Shown here: positions 1 through 15,412 of the stretch, piece by piece
Layout: every line of letters begins with the position of its first letter
Numbering within the stretch: the first letter of the stretch is position 1
DNA from: Octopus sinensis
Taxonomy: Eukaryota
NCBI RefSeq assembly: GCF_006345805.1
Contig: NC_043005.1
Coordinates: forward strand, 90,892,001-90,956,000
DNA: 64,000 nucleotides
Direction of reading: 5' to 3'
Position numbers and translations under genes: made by a program
The notes under the pieces: model-generated
Databases searched by the model: none
What the model was told of the DNA's origin: nothing
What the model saw: the letters and a program-made list of their open reading frames with translations, nothing else

Positions 1-418
1 TATGTATGCATGTATTCACTCAGATTTGTGTAGATGTATATTTACGTACATATTTCTATATATTTCTATATGTGATCTTATATGTGTATTTATGTTAATA
101 TACACTTTTGTATACACATGTATAAGTAATTTTATTTTGTGTACGTTCATTACACATATTCAGCAACCTATCTTTCTTTCTTTCTTTTCTTTTCCTTACG
201 GAAAGTATATTTTCTCCCCTATTCGTTACTTGTATAGAGTCCTTTAGCTTTGCGCTCCTCTCCCATCCTCTCACTCACCTCTTTCCCTCGCTATCTGTTA
301 CATCTAAGATCCTTCCTTTTTCTTTTTCTTTCCCCCTCTCGGCGTTTTAAAATTTACTTCTCGTCTATATATATATACCAAGTGATTTTTGCATGTGAGC
401 ATGATTGCGTACATATGT

Positions 419-511
<93 letters not shown>

Positions 512-756
512 TATATATATATATTATATATATATATAAGTATATACTTATAATTTTAAAATAAACATACAAATTTACACACGAAGACACATAGTCTATA
601 CCCTAGGGACGTAGCTTCAACAGTGTTCTTTCTGATGTGAATTTGCTACCCAGGTATCGGTTATCTTTCGAATTATCCTTAATAAGATAATTCATTCAAC
701 TACTCAAGTATATAAATATATATATATACATATGTATATATATATATACATATATA

Positions 757-858
<102 letters not shown>

Positions 859-1034
859 ATGAATTTCTTGTGTTTGACGGCATGAGCTGTCTTTTTTTTA
901 TATAACTTTTTTTTGATAAGTTCATTTCAGGAACTGAAACATGTTATAATGTATATATATAAAAATTAAAAATTGTATAATACAGCAGCATTTTCGAACT
1001 TCATTTTTTACAAATATATATATATATATATATC

Positions 1035-1065
<31 letters not shown>

Positions 1066-1653
1066 CTGTATTTGTGTGTATAGTTACGTCTTACATATAT
1101 ATGTCTGTATATGTATGTAGTCTGTGTACATCCATCTGTGTATTTTGATGTATATATGTATATTGATGGTTTAGTTTGCGTATATACTGTTGTAAAATAT
1201 TTATGTAATGCAGCATGAAAATTTTAATTTTAATTTCTATTGTATTAATTGTATAATTGAATTATATTTCATATATATTTATTTGCAATATGTATTTTGA
1301 ATCCACTCTTCGATTTAAGGTTTTCCTCAATTATAATAGGATCAACTTATATTGAATTCATATATTTTGTTTATTTTGTTCATTGCATGCTTAAGAACGT
1401 TAATTGAAACGACCAAGGACACAAATCCATTTTTAAAGGTGTATCCTTTAATTAGTTTTGATCATATCATTATTTCTTTTCTATTTTAACAAAACTGTCC
1501 GACGAACGGGAACGTGAAACTCTGAGTAACAGCTTTTGTTATATTTCTGCTGCTTTTAAATAAAGCATATTACTCTACCTCTGGTATTTGAGTACTCTTT
1601 TTTTTCCCACTTTATTTCACATTTATGTGCTTACTCCGGTATGTATGTATATA

Positions 1654-2561
1654 TATTGTGTCATCTCATAAATAATGTTGGTTTTTTGTACTTCTTAAAT
1701 TTTTGAAACTTAAGACAGAGTTCTTTTTTAATCTAAAATATACTCTCATTTTCTACAATGTTCTTCCATCTACCTAGTAGACTTGCAAGGCCCCTCTTCC
1801 AAAGTTCACATGTCTGTGATGAAAAATACTTCTCCAGTACTGTGCTGACTTGGTCAACAGAATTCATATTTTTTCGTCCAAATGATTTTGAAGACTGCAG
1901 AATAAATGATAATCAGATGGGGCAATGTCCAGCGAATATGGTGGGTGGGGCATAGTTTCCCATTCGAACTACTCCAGCCCTTGGAATGTCATCCTTGCTG
2001 TATGTTGCTGAGTATTATCCTGATGGAAGAACACCTTTTGTCTTGAAACCAAAGATGGTCGTTTTTCTTCTAATGCTGGTGTCAATGAATGGTTGAATGA
2101 CCAAATTCAAGCTTCTCTGTTAGTTCCTCAACAGTTACAATGGGATTTTGTTGCACCAGAGTTTGCAGGACATCCTCATGAAGCTCTACAAATCTTCCAG
2201 GACAAGGCTAATTTTCTAAGCTGTAGTTTCCAATTCAGAATTTCTGAAACCACCGTTGATACTAGCTTACACTTATTATCCGATCTCCATAGACTGCATC
2301 AATATTCCTCACACTTTCCATTGCTTTATTGCCTTTATTGAACTCATAAAGCAAAATATGCCAAATATTCTCCTTTGCCACTTCCATTATAGCTTTGAAA
2401 AAGTAACTGTTAAAATCGAACTGCACTCTTCAAAACTTGCTCTAAGAATAAGCACAAGGTAAAATTACAACCTGCTTTTATAGCAAGTTGATGCAGGTAG
2501 TTTATCCCATCCCCCTCCAACTTTTAAGTCATGCAGTTGAAAAAAACTGCATGACCCAATA
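1654..2561 (-). mobile_element. Decayed mariner DNA transposon, internally deleted
   Basis: Minus strand reads FHQDNTQQHTAR...HPPYSLDIAPSDYHLFCSLQNHL (mariner DD34D region); degenerate TIRs tattgtgtcatctcataaataatg / gcatgacccaata; TA flanks. Confidence 0.88.
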
Positions 2562-3429
2562 TAAATATATACATACATGTGTGTGTGTGTGTGGTGTGTG
2601 TATTTATATATATATACTATGGTGGACTGAGTCTAAAAATATTGGTTGCCAGGAAACTAAGGCAACCCACTCACAACCTACAATACTATCATTTAATTTT
2701 TATAATAAATAAATAACATTTTCAAGAAAAACTTAAGTGGAAACAAAAAGTTGTAATTCAAATTTTTGTGAAAAAATGTATGTTTTTCAATCATTGCAAT
2801 GTATATGTACTGTACATATTATTGGCAGTATACAGTAATACCAATTGTAAATTCAGAATGAATTTTTAGATAAATGTTTTGGTGAATATATAGTATACTG
2901 TTATTTTGGAAGTGTACTGATATTTTGATAATTTTTAACCAAACTGAAAATAATAACCAATAAATCTATAAATCAATTTCATTATTTTTAATGAAGATTC
3001 TTTACTGTCAAAGTTTCCTTGTGAAAATCATGGCATTATAGCCAATACATCTTCATACATATACATCATTTGTTTGTTTATTTGCTCTTTACAAAAGAGG
3101 TTTCTTTCAAACAACTTGTCCATATATTGTTTTTAATTAAACATACATCAGTGCATCTAAAAATAAAGGATAAATTTACATGATTTTGATTTCTTCTACT
3201 TATAATATTTTACTTCCTTCTATTTTTCTTCTTTCCCTGCTCTTGCCATTACTTTTTTTTTATAAAGCCCTTGTAACATTTTCAGAATAGCAGTATATTA
3301 TACATGTACCAATTTTTTAAAGTTTTAGATAATTGGTGGACATATTTAAATAGTTTACTTGTGCTGCACACTTTACACATTAACAAGTAGTTCAAATGTA
3401 CAAAACTTCAATTACATGCAATCCACTAT

Positions 3430-4330
3430 ATTAAGAGCAAAGTTCACTAGAAGATTGTGCGAATCTGTCAATAATTGCCTCTGAAACCAATTCACCCAAC
3501 AATTCATTTTCAATGAATTGCAACATGTGTGCTTCTAAGTTCTCCTCAGATAGCAGTGGTACCTGCCCTAGATATAGAAACAAAGACTGGAATAGTATAC
3601 AAAGAACTTCTTAACCTTGTCTTTATGATCTTTAGCTTTGAAAATGTCCTCTTACATTGGACTTGGGTAACTGATAGAATACAGATGACTTTATAAAGTT
3701 CATAAAGGTTATCATATGCCTTGTCATGAAGCCTGTTGGATGCCAGAATTTTTAGTATACTCAATGGGCAAATACTGCAAATTTTACAGTTGTTGTAACT
3801 GGAACCCATATTCTTGCCATCGTTAAGCAATAGTTTTAATAAATCAAAATTTGAAGCAAAAGAAGACAATTCCAATCTTACTTGATCTTTGCTGATTTGT
3901 GGAAACAACTTAATAATACCTTCCAATGCTTCAACATGAAGGCCTTTCTCTGTGATAGTTTTAAACTTATCTGGTTCCAAGCAGAATAAATCTTTATTCC
4001 ACTGTTTGTGTTGTACAAATCTTGATCCTAGTGACTTAACCTTATTAGGTTAAACACATTTACCAAAAAAATCAGCTAGAAAATCTGAGGAACTTCCATC
4101 ATCATTAACAAGCTCATCTGCTATTCTTTTCTTCTTCCTCTGTCCAAAGCATCAATTTCCAATGTTTGATTTTCATCCATATTCCAAATCCTTGCTGCGA
4201 ATTTTATCAAATGTTCTCGTCTGTTCCTTCAACTTTGTTGTAGCTGAATCTACGAAACCCCATGCAGTAAACATATCTAATGATGATGTGGAAGTAACAC
4301 ATGTATGGTACATTGCCAGGATCTAAGTAA
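3430..4330 (-). mobile_element. hAT transposase fragment, C-terminal dimerisation domain
   Basis: ORF 3546-3980: YDNLYELYKVICILSVTQVQCKRTFSKLKIIKTRLRSS, continuing as LEAHMLQFIENELL...IIDRFAQ after a frameshift. Confidence 0.85.
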
Positions 4331-4840
4331 CAAAAAACTTTGAAATTCAAATCCTGCCCCACCAACCAAGCTAGGCCTTGTGTGTGTGCCTATATATATA
4401 TATATATATATACACTCTCGGAGTGGTTGGCATTAGGAAGGTCATCCAGCTGTAGAAACTCTGCCAGATCAAGATTGGAGCCTGGTGCGACTGTCTGGTT
4501 CACCAGCCCTCAGTAAAAATCGTCCAACCCATGCTAGCATGGAAGGCTGACGTTGCACGATGATGATGATGATATATATATATATATATATGTGTGTATA
4601 AAAGAGTGGTGAGCTGGCAGAATCCTTAGCATGCTGGGCAAAATGCCTAGCAGTATTTCGTCTACCATTACGTTCTGAGCTCAAATTCCATTGAGGTCAT
4701 CTTTGCCTTTCATCCTTATAGGCTCAATTAAATAAGTACTAGTTACATATTGGGGCCGATGTAATTGACTTAATTCCTTTGTCTGTCCTTGTTTGTCCTC
4801 TCTATGTTTATATCCCTGTGGGCAATAAAGAAATATAAAC

Positions 4841-4871
<31 letters not shown>

Positions 4872-4888
4872 TATTATATTATATAATA

Positions 4889-4935
<47 letters not shown>

Positions 4936-4972
4936 TATATATATATATATACATATACATACATATATATAT

Positions 4973-5045
<73 letters not shown>

Positions 5046-5213
5046 TATATATAGGTACAGGAGTTGCTGTGTGGTAAGTAGCTTGCTTACCAACCACATG
5101 ATTCTGCGTTCAGTCCCACTGCATGGAACCTTGGGCAAGTGTCTTCTACTATAGCCTTGGGCTGACCAAAGCCTTGTGAGTGGATATGGTAGACGGAAAC
5201 TGAAAGAAGCCTG

Positions 5214-5258
<45 letters not shown>

Positions 5259-5478
5259 CAATTTATAAATGACTAATAAAAAAGAATAACCACCTTTGAA
5301 AATATGCTGTATACATATATATACGCTTTTAAATATACTCAGATAAAGGCATACGTTCATATATATACCTGCATAAAAGCATATTTAAACAAGAAAACAA
5401 ATTTAATTTTAAATATGATTTATTCACCAAGTTTCTAAACCCTCCATTAACAATTTTCTTCTTTTGTTAACTCATTAG

Positions 5479-5866
5479 GATCAACCAACAGAAACTGCGA
5501 ACATGCTCTCAAGTGCCGAACCAATGGAGCAAGATGATAATGCTCTAAACTCGCAGTCTAAGACAAACGTGATGCAAAAAACGGAAAGTTCACAGATTAC
5601 AGACATAAACACAGAGTTTCTGTCAAATATGATTGTACCGACAACTCTCAATAAGGATCCATTGATAGGAGAAACAATGAATGAGGAAGCTATAAACAAA
5701 GAAAGATCTTTCACAAAAGCAACATCATCATTGGAAGAAAACAACATATATATTAATGATATGTCTATAACAAAAGAGAATCAAGGTTTACTTTCTAGTG
5801 AGAACCAAAATCAGTTCACAAACAATTTCAGTTCAGTACAGCCTTCTACAACAAAAGCTGTCGAAA
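5479..5866 (+). CDS. RPTP exon 1 (in window): Ser/Thr/Asn/Glu-rich mucin-like stalk
   Basis: Acceptor ttaactcattag|GAT CAA, open frame [15 protein letters not shown]...TTKAVE, donor A|gtaagt; phase 1 matches the next exon. Confidence 0.65.
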
Positions 5867-8800
5867 GTAAGTTACTCTGAGGCTTTAAAATGTGAATGAC
5901 ATGTTTTTTGCTGTATATAGGAATGGCCATTTTGACAGTTTAGCCAATAAAAACACACACTATATATTTTGTGTGACTTTGCTTCAGTGTTATTTATTTT
6001 TTACATTAATCTTAATACAAAATACAAAATGGCTGACAGTTAGTAAGGAGAGACACACAAATAAGAAAGAAGAAAGCAAAGGACCACTGATGCGGTCACA
6101 GGAGTGTGAAGAAAGAACTCTGGCTGAAATAAGATTAAGATTAATGTAAAAAATAAATAACACTGAAGCAAAATAACACCAAATATATAGTGCGTGTGTT
6201 TTTATTGGCTAAACTGGCAAAATGACCATTCCGAAATACAACAATATATGTTTCAATACACGATTTCACATGAAAAATTTTGCAAAACAAACATATAAAT
6301 GACATGTTTTTTATTTTATTTTATTAAGAGCTCTTCAATGAAATTTTTGTATCTTTTGAGTTCTCCATGAAACTTTATTTATTTATTGTTTTCCATTACC
6401 TTTTCTATATTTTCCAATGTATTATGGATATATTAGATTGTTTCCCCTTATGGATCCAGTTAGTGGATATCTTGTTAATAACAGTTGTTAAGAAGATTCT
6501 CTGGTTATCAACCTTCTGGTAGTGAAAGGATGTGATTTCATTTTAATATATCTTTTATCTTGGTATTGCACTAATCTGCTTCTCATCATTGGCATTGGTG
6601 ATGACTATGATCTCATTTGGCTTGATGGGACTTCTCAAGCACATATCACTAAAGGTCTCAGTCACTTGTCATTGCCTCCGCGAGGCCCAACATTCAAAGA
6701 TCATACTTCATCACCTTGCCCCATGTCTTCCTGGGTCTACCTCTTTTATAGGTTCCCTTCATCATTAGAGTGTGGCACTTCTTCACATAGCTGTCCTCAT
6801 CCATACACATCACATGACCATAGCAGTGCAGTCATCTCTCTTGCACACCACATCTGATGCCTCTTATGCCCAACTTTTCTCTCAGAACACTTACACTGTT
6901 GTGCATGCACAGACATTACACATCCAGCAGAGCATACTAACTTCATTTCTTACAAGCCTATGCATGTCCTTAGCAGTCACAGCCCATGTTTGACAGCCAT
7001 GTAGCATGGCTGTTCACACACAGGCATCATACAGTACCTTTCACTCTGAGAGGGAGGCACTTTGTTACCAGTAGAGGTAGGAGATCTCTGAACTTTGTCT
7101 AGACTATTCTTATTCTAGCAGTGATGCTCTTGAAGCATCCATCCTTGCTACTGACTTGGTCACCTAGGATGGTATTGACTGCTTCTAGTTTCCATTTAAC
7201 GGAGTCTGTTTACTGTACATTTTTAGTGTTTATTGTAACTGTGCACCTTCCACACAGGAAAACTATTTTTCCTGTTAACCTTCCTCTGATATTACTGCAA
7301 CTGTTATGTGTCCATAGCTTACACTGGATACATTTTATGGAGTTTCTACCTACACTTTTTCCACAGATCAAGCAGGGTCATCTACCTGAAGGGATTTGTG
7401 ATTTGTCTGCTCTCCTACTTACTAAAATTTTGTTTTTTGTTAGATTGACTCTTAGGCTCTTTGATTCCACAGCTTGCTCCCATGTCTGAAATTTCTTCTC
7501 TAGTTCTTGTAGTAATTTGTATTAAATAAAAACATTATGCCTACCTGGAGAAGACAATGAGAAACGCCCCAATATGTCTATATATCTACCTCTAATAAAT
7601 AGTCATATGAAGCCTACAATTCTCTATGGATGCAGCTATTTCTAGCCAGTAAAAACTGGCTAGAAATAGCTGCAAAATACCCTCCAGTCACACCTGCTTT
7701 AAAAATGGAAGTACACATATTGAAAAAGATAGGATTGTCATGGCTGGAAAACCTTTGATTGATATTTAGGCTGACCTAGAGCCAAACAACAGGAAAATAC
7801 AAAAGCAATATGATTATAAAACAGTTAAGAATAAATAATTTGTTTCATTTTTTTAAACTTTTTACCCATTTTTAAAACTTCTTTCATTGCAGGAAGACCA
7901 TTTGCACTGCATGTAACTAATGCAACTGAAACAAGTATAAGTGTGTCGTGGAACGTAACAGAAAATATTAAACAATTTATGGTCAGCATAGATTGCTGTA
8001 ACCAGAAGTATAAGGATTTTATAGTCAACACTACCAGTACAACGATTACAAACCTCACATGTAGTGGGTGCTGTTATGATATAGCAGTAAAAAGTCTCTA
8101 TGGCAATAATAAATCCAGTCAACCAATAAGTACAACTAATTATACTGGTAAGTACTTAATTATTGTTACTGTTTATGTTGTTGATGTATTTTGATGGGGC
8201 ATGATGGCTGTGATGTTAAGGTGTTGGACTAATGATCTGTAGGATCATGAATCCAAACCTTACTACTGCCATCATGTTATGCATAGCAATTGCCTTAGTG
8301 TGCCTGACTGACATTAAATCAATGTTTAATACTTGGCAGGTTGCTCAACTGTAAGACTAGTATTCCTACATTATTTACATTATTTACATTTGACGGATAT
8401 TTGTCCTCATCTTGTTTGTTGTGAACACAACGTTTCAGCTGATATACCCTCTGGCCTTCTTCAGGTGTCTTGGTGAAATTTCGAACCTGGGTTCTCATTC
8501 CTAAGGTTCTCTTCAGAGTAGCAAAATTCAGGTTCTTTTTTATTTTCAGGCAAGTTGACAAGAGCAGTAGCTGAATTGCTGGCTTTATTTTGCATCATTT
8601 ACAACAAACAAACTAACTTTGCCCTACAAAGGCAGGTGGCTCTTCCTGCCTTACTGCATTGACTATTCGAAAAATAAGCATATGGACTTAAATAATTTTA
8701 CTTAAATAATTTTTTCTCTGAAATTAATAAAAATTACTGGGGCTATACATGAAAAGAGTAGGCTTAAAATTAGATGGGCTTATTTTTGGAAAAACTCAGC

Positions 8801-9446
8801 AATGTTTTTATAATTTTTGTTTTAATAAAATACAGTAAATTTTTTAAACATTATTCTCAGCTGCAATATTTTAAGAGTTTTAATTTCGAGTACTTTTTAG
8901 TTTCATTTAGAGGTGATGATTTAGCAAATTCTACTGTAGAATTCTTGTTCTGAACTTTTCCAGGTGTAATAAATTAACAATATTAACATGCATGTTCCCA
9001 CATTTTTCATTGTAATATATGTATCCAGGTATATAACTTGTGAATTGTAGAGTTGAAAAAAAACTAATCTTTAGGAAAACAACAACAATAACATAAAGGA
9101 ACAGAACAGTTAGTTAATAAATGGGTTATATTTCTTCAAAGTCCATTTATTTATGATATTTAAATGAAACAAAGTACATTTACAAAACAGATAAACAGAA
9201 AGAAAATATAGTATATTCTTTACTCTTTACTCTTTTAATTGTTTCAGTCATTTGACTGTGGCTATGCTGGAGCACCACCTTTAGTCGAGCAAATCGACCC
9301 CAGGACTTATTCTTTGGAAGCCGAGTGCTTATTCTATTGGACACTTTTGCCAAACTGCTAAGTTACAGGGACGTAAACACATATATATATATGAATGTAT
9401 ATATGTATGTGTGTGTGTATATGTTTGTGTGTCTGTGTTATTAATA

Positions 9447-9481
<35 letters not shown>

Positions 9482-10468
9482 GTGTGTGTATATGTTTGTG
9501 TGTCTGTGTTTGTTCCCACCAACATCACCTGACAACCGATGCTGATGTGTTTACATCCCCGTAACTTAGCAGTTTGGCAAAAGAGACCAATAGAATAAGC
9601 ACTCGGCTTCCAAAGAATAAGTCCTGGGGTGGATTTGCTCGACTATATATATATATACATATATACAACAGGCTTCTTTCAGTTTCTGTCTACCAAATCT
9701 ACTCACAAGGCTTTGGTCGGCCCAAGGATATAGTAGAAGACACTTGCCCATGGTGTCACACAGTGGGACTGAACCCACAACCATGTGGTTCATAAGCAAG
9801 CTACTTACCACACAGCCACTCCTATGCCTATAGCTACTTACCATACAGCCACTCATATGCCGATATGTATAAGAGATTAACAGTTTGAAAACTAATTATT
9901 CCTGATTTTTAAAACAAACTTTTTCTTTTGTCTTTCTCCATAATTTCAGTACCCAGGATGCCAAAAGTTGAAGTCATAGAAAAACCAACTTCAGTTGTGA
10001 TTAAAATTTTTCAAATGGATCAAGATTGTGAGTCTTTGAAAAATGACCAGAAGTGGGAAGTAACTCAGAGCAAAGATTCAGAAAGTTGCGTGATAGAAAA
10101 GGCGAATTTAAAAATACGTTTTAATTACAATTTAACAATATGGAGAGAAGTGGATGTATGGAAAAGTAAAAAAGAGTTAATTACCATCTATCTTAAAGGT
10201 ACTTTCCTTATTTTATATTATTCTGATTCAATAATCTAATAGCTAAAGACAGTGTCTGTACATTCATTATTTCATTTTTTAATGTTTGATTTACCCTGCT
10301 AGCATAAGTTGGATGATGACATATTACTAAGACATTGTTTTATAGCTAGATGCTTATCCTGTCACTTACCCTTACCTGTTTTTAAAGTAAGGGATTTTCC
10401 CACGTGTCTTTAAAAGCCCTGAACTACAGAGCAGCTTGTCAACTGTGAACTGTCAACATAATTGAGCA

Positions 10469-10499
<31 letters not shown>

Positions 10500-11524
10500 A
10501 ACATACATACATATATGAATAGAAAAGACGCTAGCTTATCTTTCATATAATGAAGAGATCTTCTATAAAAATGCTAATTTCTATAATAATGCACTTGAGA
10601 AAGCAGGATATAAGCATAAAATAACATATTATAGACCTAATGAATACATTCTTAATGAAAATAATGAAGTTAAAATAACGAGTAACCCAAATATAATATA
10701 TAAAGAATGGCTGAAACCACAGATAATAGAAAATAAATAAAGAAAATATGAATGAAAAATTTAAAAAATTATATATAAGCCCTATGATAAATGGCCAAAG
10801 TTTTGGAAATATGAAGAAAAATGAAGTTGTAAAAACAGATATTAAAGTTAATTGTAATCTCACAAAACCTTATACTAAATATAGTAATAAATATAGAAAT
10901 AATAAATACGAAAATAAAAAATCTAGTAAAACAGAAATTAATGACATTAATAACATATGTGATAATACTCATAATTGTAAATATAATATAAATAAAAAGA
11001 TATACTGCTTGATTAAACTCTGATAAACTCTGATAAATCTAATATAGATTATAGTTGTCCAAATAAAACCAATACTTTGTGGTGTATTATCCCTTTTGCA
11101 AATCAAATCAAAAACAATATAATTAAATCCATTTATTGATTAATTCATAAACATTTAAATAAGGATAATAAGTATAGCAAAATTATTAATTCTAAATCTA
11201 AAAAAAGTTGGTCATTCTTTATCAAAGAATCTTTTTGGAATTATGTCTTCAGTTAATAATAGAAAGTAAGATAGCTTTTATAACAATCGAAATCTAAGTA
11301 AAAATGATGTTAAGGTAATTTATAATAATAAAATGGAAATAACCCATATTGACTCCCTTACTAACCCAAATAATATGAATAAAAATAATATTTATTATTT
11401 ACATTATTTACATTTGATGGATATTGCTCTTCATCTTTGTTACTTTCCAGCCATCATCAGGTGTCCTGGGGGAATCTTGAACCTAGGTTCTCATTCCTAA
11501 GATATTTTTCTGATGTTATTATTA

Positions 11525-11568
<44 letters not shown>

Positions 11569-11959
11569 GAGATCACTGCTTGGAATTCAACTCAGAATCT
11601 TAGAGTTAGTAGCCCACGCTCTTAACCACTACACCATATGCACGTGAGCTAATGGTTAAGTGCATGGGCTACTAACCCCAAGATTCTGAGTTTGATTCCA
11701 AGCAGTGACCTGAATAATAATAATAATAAGAAGAAGAAGAAGAAGAAGAAGAAGAATAAGAATAATAATACATCAGAAAAATAGCTTACGAATTAGAACC
11801 CAGATTCGAAATTCCCCCAGGACACCTAATGATGGCTGGAGAGTACATCAGTTGAAAATTGTGTTAACAACAAACAAGATGAAGAACAATATCCATCAAA
11901 TGTAAATAATGTAAATAATAAATATTATTGTTATTCATATTATGTGGGTTAGTAAGGGA

Positions 11960-11996
<37 letters not shown>

Positions 11997-12019
11997 ATGT
12001 ATGTATGTATGTATATATG

Positions 12020-12055
<36 letters not shown>

Positions 12056-13685
12056 TGTGTACGAACAGCTATGCTACATGGCAGTGAAACATGGGCCGTG
12101 ACTGCTGAGGACATGCGTAAGCTCGTGAGGAATGAAGCCAGTATGCTCCGATGGATGTGTAATGTCGTGTACTTACTCGACAGAGCGTTAGTACTTTGAG
12201 AGAAATGTTGTACCTAAGAAGCATCAGTTGTGGTGTGCAAGAGAGACGATTGCGCTGGTATGGTCATGCGGCGAGAATGGATGAAGATAGGTGTGTGAGA
12301 AAGTGCCAATCCCTAGCAGTTGAGGGAACCCATGGAAGAGGTAGACCCAGGAAAACCTGGGACGAGGTGGTGAAGCACGACCTTCGGACGTTAGGTCTCA
12401 CCATGGAAATGACTAGAGACCGAGACCTATGGAAGTATGCTATGCGTGAGAAGACCCGGCAAGACTAGTGAAGCCATAACCCGTGGCCCCTACCTGGGAC
12501 ATAGTCAGTCCACCTGTGCATACCTTCCTTCTTGTGACACTTGGGAAGACCTGTTGAGGCAAGTGAAAATCAAAATCAAATCAAATCAAATCAAACCAAA
12601 TCAAAATAGATGAACATCATTGGAATTTGTATCCTTGTGGTACCAGTGCCGGTGGCACATAAGAAAACCATCCGAACGTGACCGTAGCCAGTACCGCATC
12701 GACTGGCCTCCGTGCTGAGGGCACGTAACAAATACCATCGAAGCGTGGCCGTTCGCCAGCCTCGTCTGGCACCTGTGTCGGTGACACGTAAGAAAACACC
12801 ATCCGAGCGTGGCCGTCTGCCAGCCTCGTCTGGCACCTGTGTCGGTGGCACATAAAATCACCCACTACACTCTTGGAGTGGTTGGCGTTAGGAAGGGCAT
12901 CCAGCTGTAGAAACACTGCCAGATCTGACTGGCCTGGTGCAGCCTTCGGGCTTGCCAGACCCCAGTTGAACCGTCCAACCCATGCTACCATGGAAAGCGG
13001 ACGTTAAACGATGATGATGATGATGATATATATATATATATATATATAAGAATTTTTGTGTAATAAGATAAAAAAACCAAGGCTGTGTAGATATTAGAGC
13101 ATTTATAGATAGAAGGTCTTACAGCTGTTTCTAGGATATTAATTAATAATATCTCTTCATCGGAGACAGTGTGAGAGGAAAATTAAGTCATAGTTAGTTT
13201 CGATGTGATACAAAATAGAGAGTGAGGTGGAGGAATATATATATATATTAATCAAAGTGTACAGTATTCTATATCTATTACAGCCAATTTTACCAGTTGG
13301 TTTCATACTAGGGATTCGACAGAGTGTTACGTAACAGTCTGATTAAGTAACTCTTCACTCATCAGAAGTAGCCACTATGGAATGAAATATGGCAACTATA
13401 TAAATATATATATATATATATATATGGAATAATTACTCTGAAGTACAGTGTAGAATATATTGTATAAAGGGTCGTAGGTAAGGCCAAAACAATTGAAAGT
13501 AAATGTAAGGTAAATCACACGAAAACAAATATATGAGTTAATGCATACAAAAGTTCAAAATGCTATTTGTTTAATATTCTGGATAACTTTGTGTGTGTGT
13601 GTGTGCACATAATATATACACATGCACACACACACATATATATACACACATACATATATACATGCACATACACATACATACATAT

Positions 13686-13728
<43 letters not shown>

Positions 13729-13755
13729 CACACATACGCACACATATATATATAC

Positions 13756-13834
<79 letters not shown>

Positions 13835-14909
13835 CGGATATGAGAGATTTAGTTCACTGGAGATCTGAATGAATAGGTATGCTGAGTAAGAGCTATAATT
13901 GATCATCCGTTGGGTTCAAAGTTCACAGCTGAGGCTGGAGCTAGGGGTCCGTATTTGGCTTCCATGTTAGCAGGTATACATTAGAATAAAAGGACATCGA
14001 AAGCAAGGCAGAATGAGTATCTCAAGTCATTTATGATAATTTAATTACAGTAAGGTCAATTTGAAGTCTTACAGCTGTTTCTGGGATATCCCAATTGATA
14101 GGCTAGCATGTCTGTACACTGAGTAGTCCATCATCAGAGACAAAGTGAGTATGTATGAAAGTTCTGGACAGTTTAAAGGAATAAAATAGAAGAATAAAGA
14201 ATAAAGAGTAAAAGTAGATATTTTTTTCCAAAGTTTATGGCAATTGGTCCATATTTCCATGAAGGTATAGATCCTTATGCTTAATCCTGGGTAAATCCAG
14301 GCAGAATTTTGGCAGTATTTTGAATGATGTGTTCATGTTGGGCAAATAGTCTGTTAGCTAGTGTGCATGGGTATACAGAGTCAGAAAGACAGACATTAAG
14401 ATATTTTGATGCCTGCCACCAGTTCTGTCTATCTTGATGTGTGTCTTTCTCACTCTATATACCCACACATACCATTTGCATACTAGTTAACCATTTCAAC
14501 AATGAATGCATCATTCAAAATTCTGCCTGGATTTACCTGGGATTAAGCATGAGGACCTAAACCCTTCACAGAAGTACAGACCATACACTTTGGGAAAAGA
14601 TGAATTGTGAACTTTTGTTATACAGTCTGCATACTAATATCTACTTTTACTCTTTATTTTTCTATTTTATTCCTTTAGACTGTGAATTTCCCTGTCTAGA
14701 GCTTTCATTTATACTTTGTCTCTGATTGCAGAATACCCAGTGCATGGGCATGCTAGCTTATTACTTGGGATACCCCAGAAACAGCTGTAAGACTTCAAAT
14801 TAACCTTACCATAATAAAACTATTATAAATAACTTGAGCTAATCATTCTGCCATGGTTTTGATGTCCTTTTCCCTCTAATGTGCATGTCTGTGTGTGAGT
14901 CTGTGTATG

Positions 14910-14956
<47 letters not shown>

Positions 14957-15373
14957 TCACATATCTCTTTACTCTTTTACTTGTTTCAGTCATTTGACTG
15001 CGGCCATGCTGGAGCACCGCCTTTAATCGAGCAACTCGACCCTGGGACTTATTCTTTGTAAGCCCAGTACTTATTCTATCGGTCTCATCGATTGTCAAGC
15101 AATGCTAGGGGAACAGACACACAAACACATACACATACACACACACATATATATATACATATATACGACGGGCTTCTTTCAGTTTCCGTCTACCAAATCC
15201 ACTCACAAGGCTTTGGTCGGCCCGAGGCTATAGTAGAAGACACTTGCCCAAGGTGCCACACAGTGGGACTGAACCCGGAACCATGTGGTTGGTAAACAAG
15301 CTACTTACCACACAGCCACTCCTGCACCTATATATATATATATATATATATAATATATGTGTTTATGTATGTA

Positions 15374-15412
<39 letters not shown>

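Noticed and set aside
882-950. ATG followed by hydrophobic codons as a possible signal-peptide exon
   Set aside because: There is an in-frame stop unless homopolymer errors are assumed, and the donor is poor.
12600-12870. Regular repeats of about 55 bp resembling a CRISPR array (also 44520-44800)
   Set aside because: This is eukaryotic DNA with no unique spacers and no cas genes; the repeats are internal to SINE family C.
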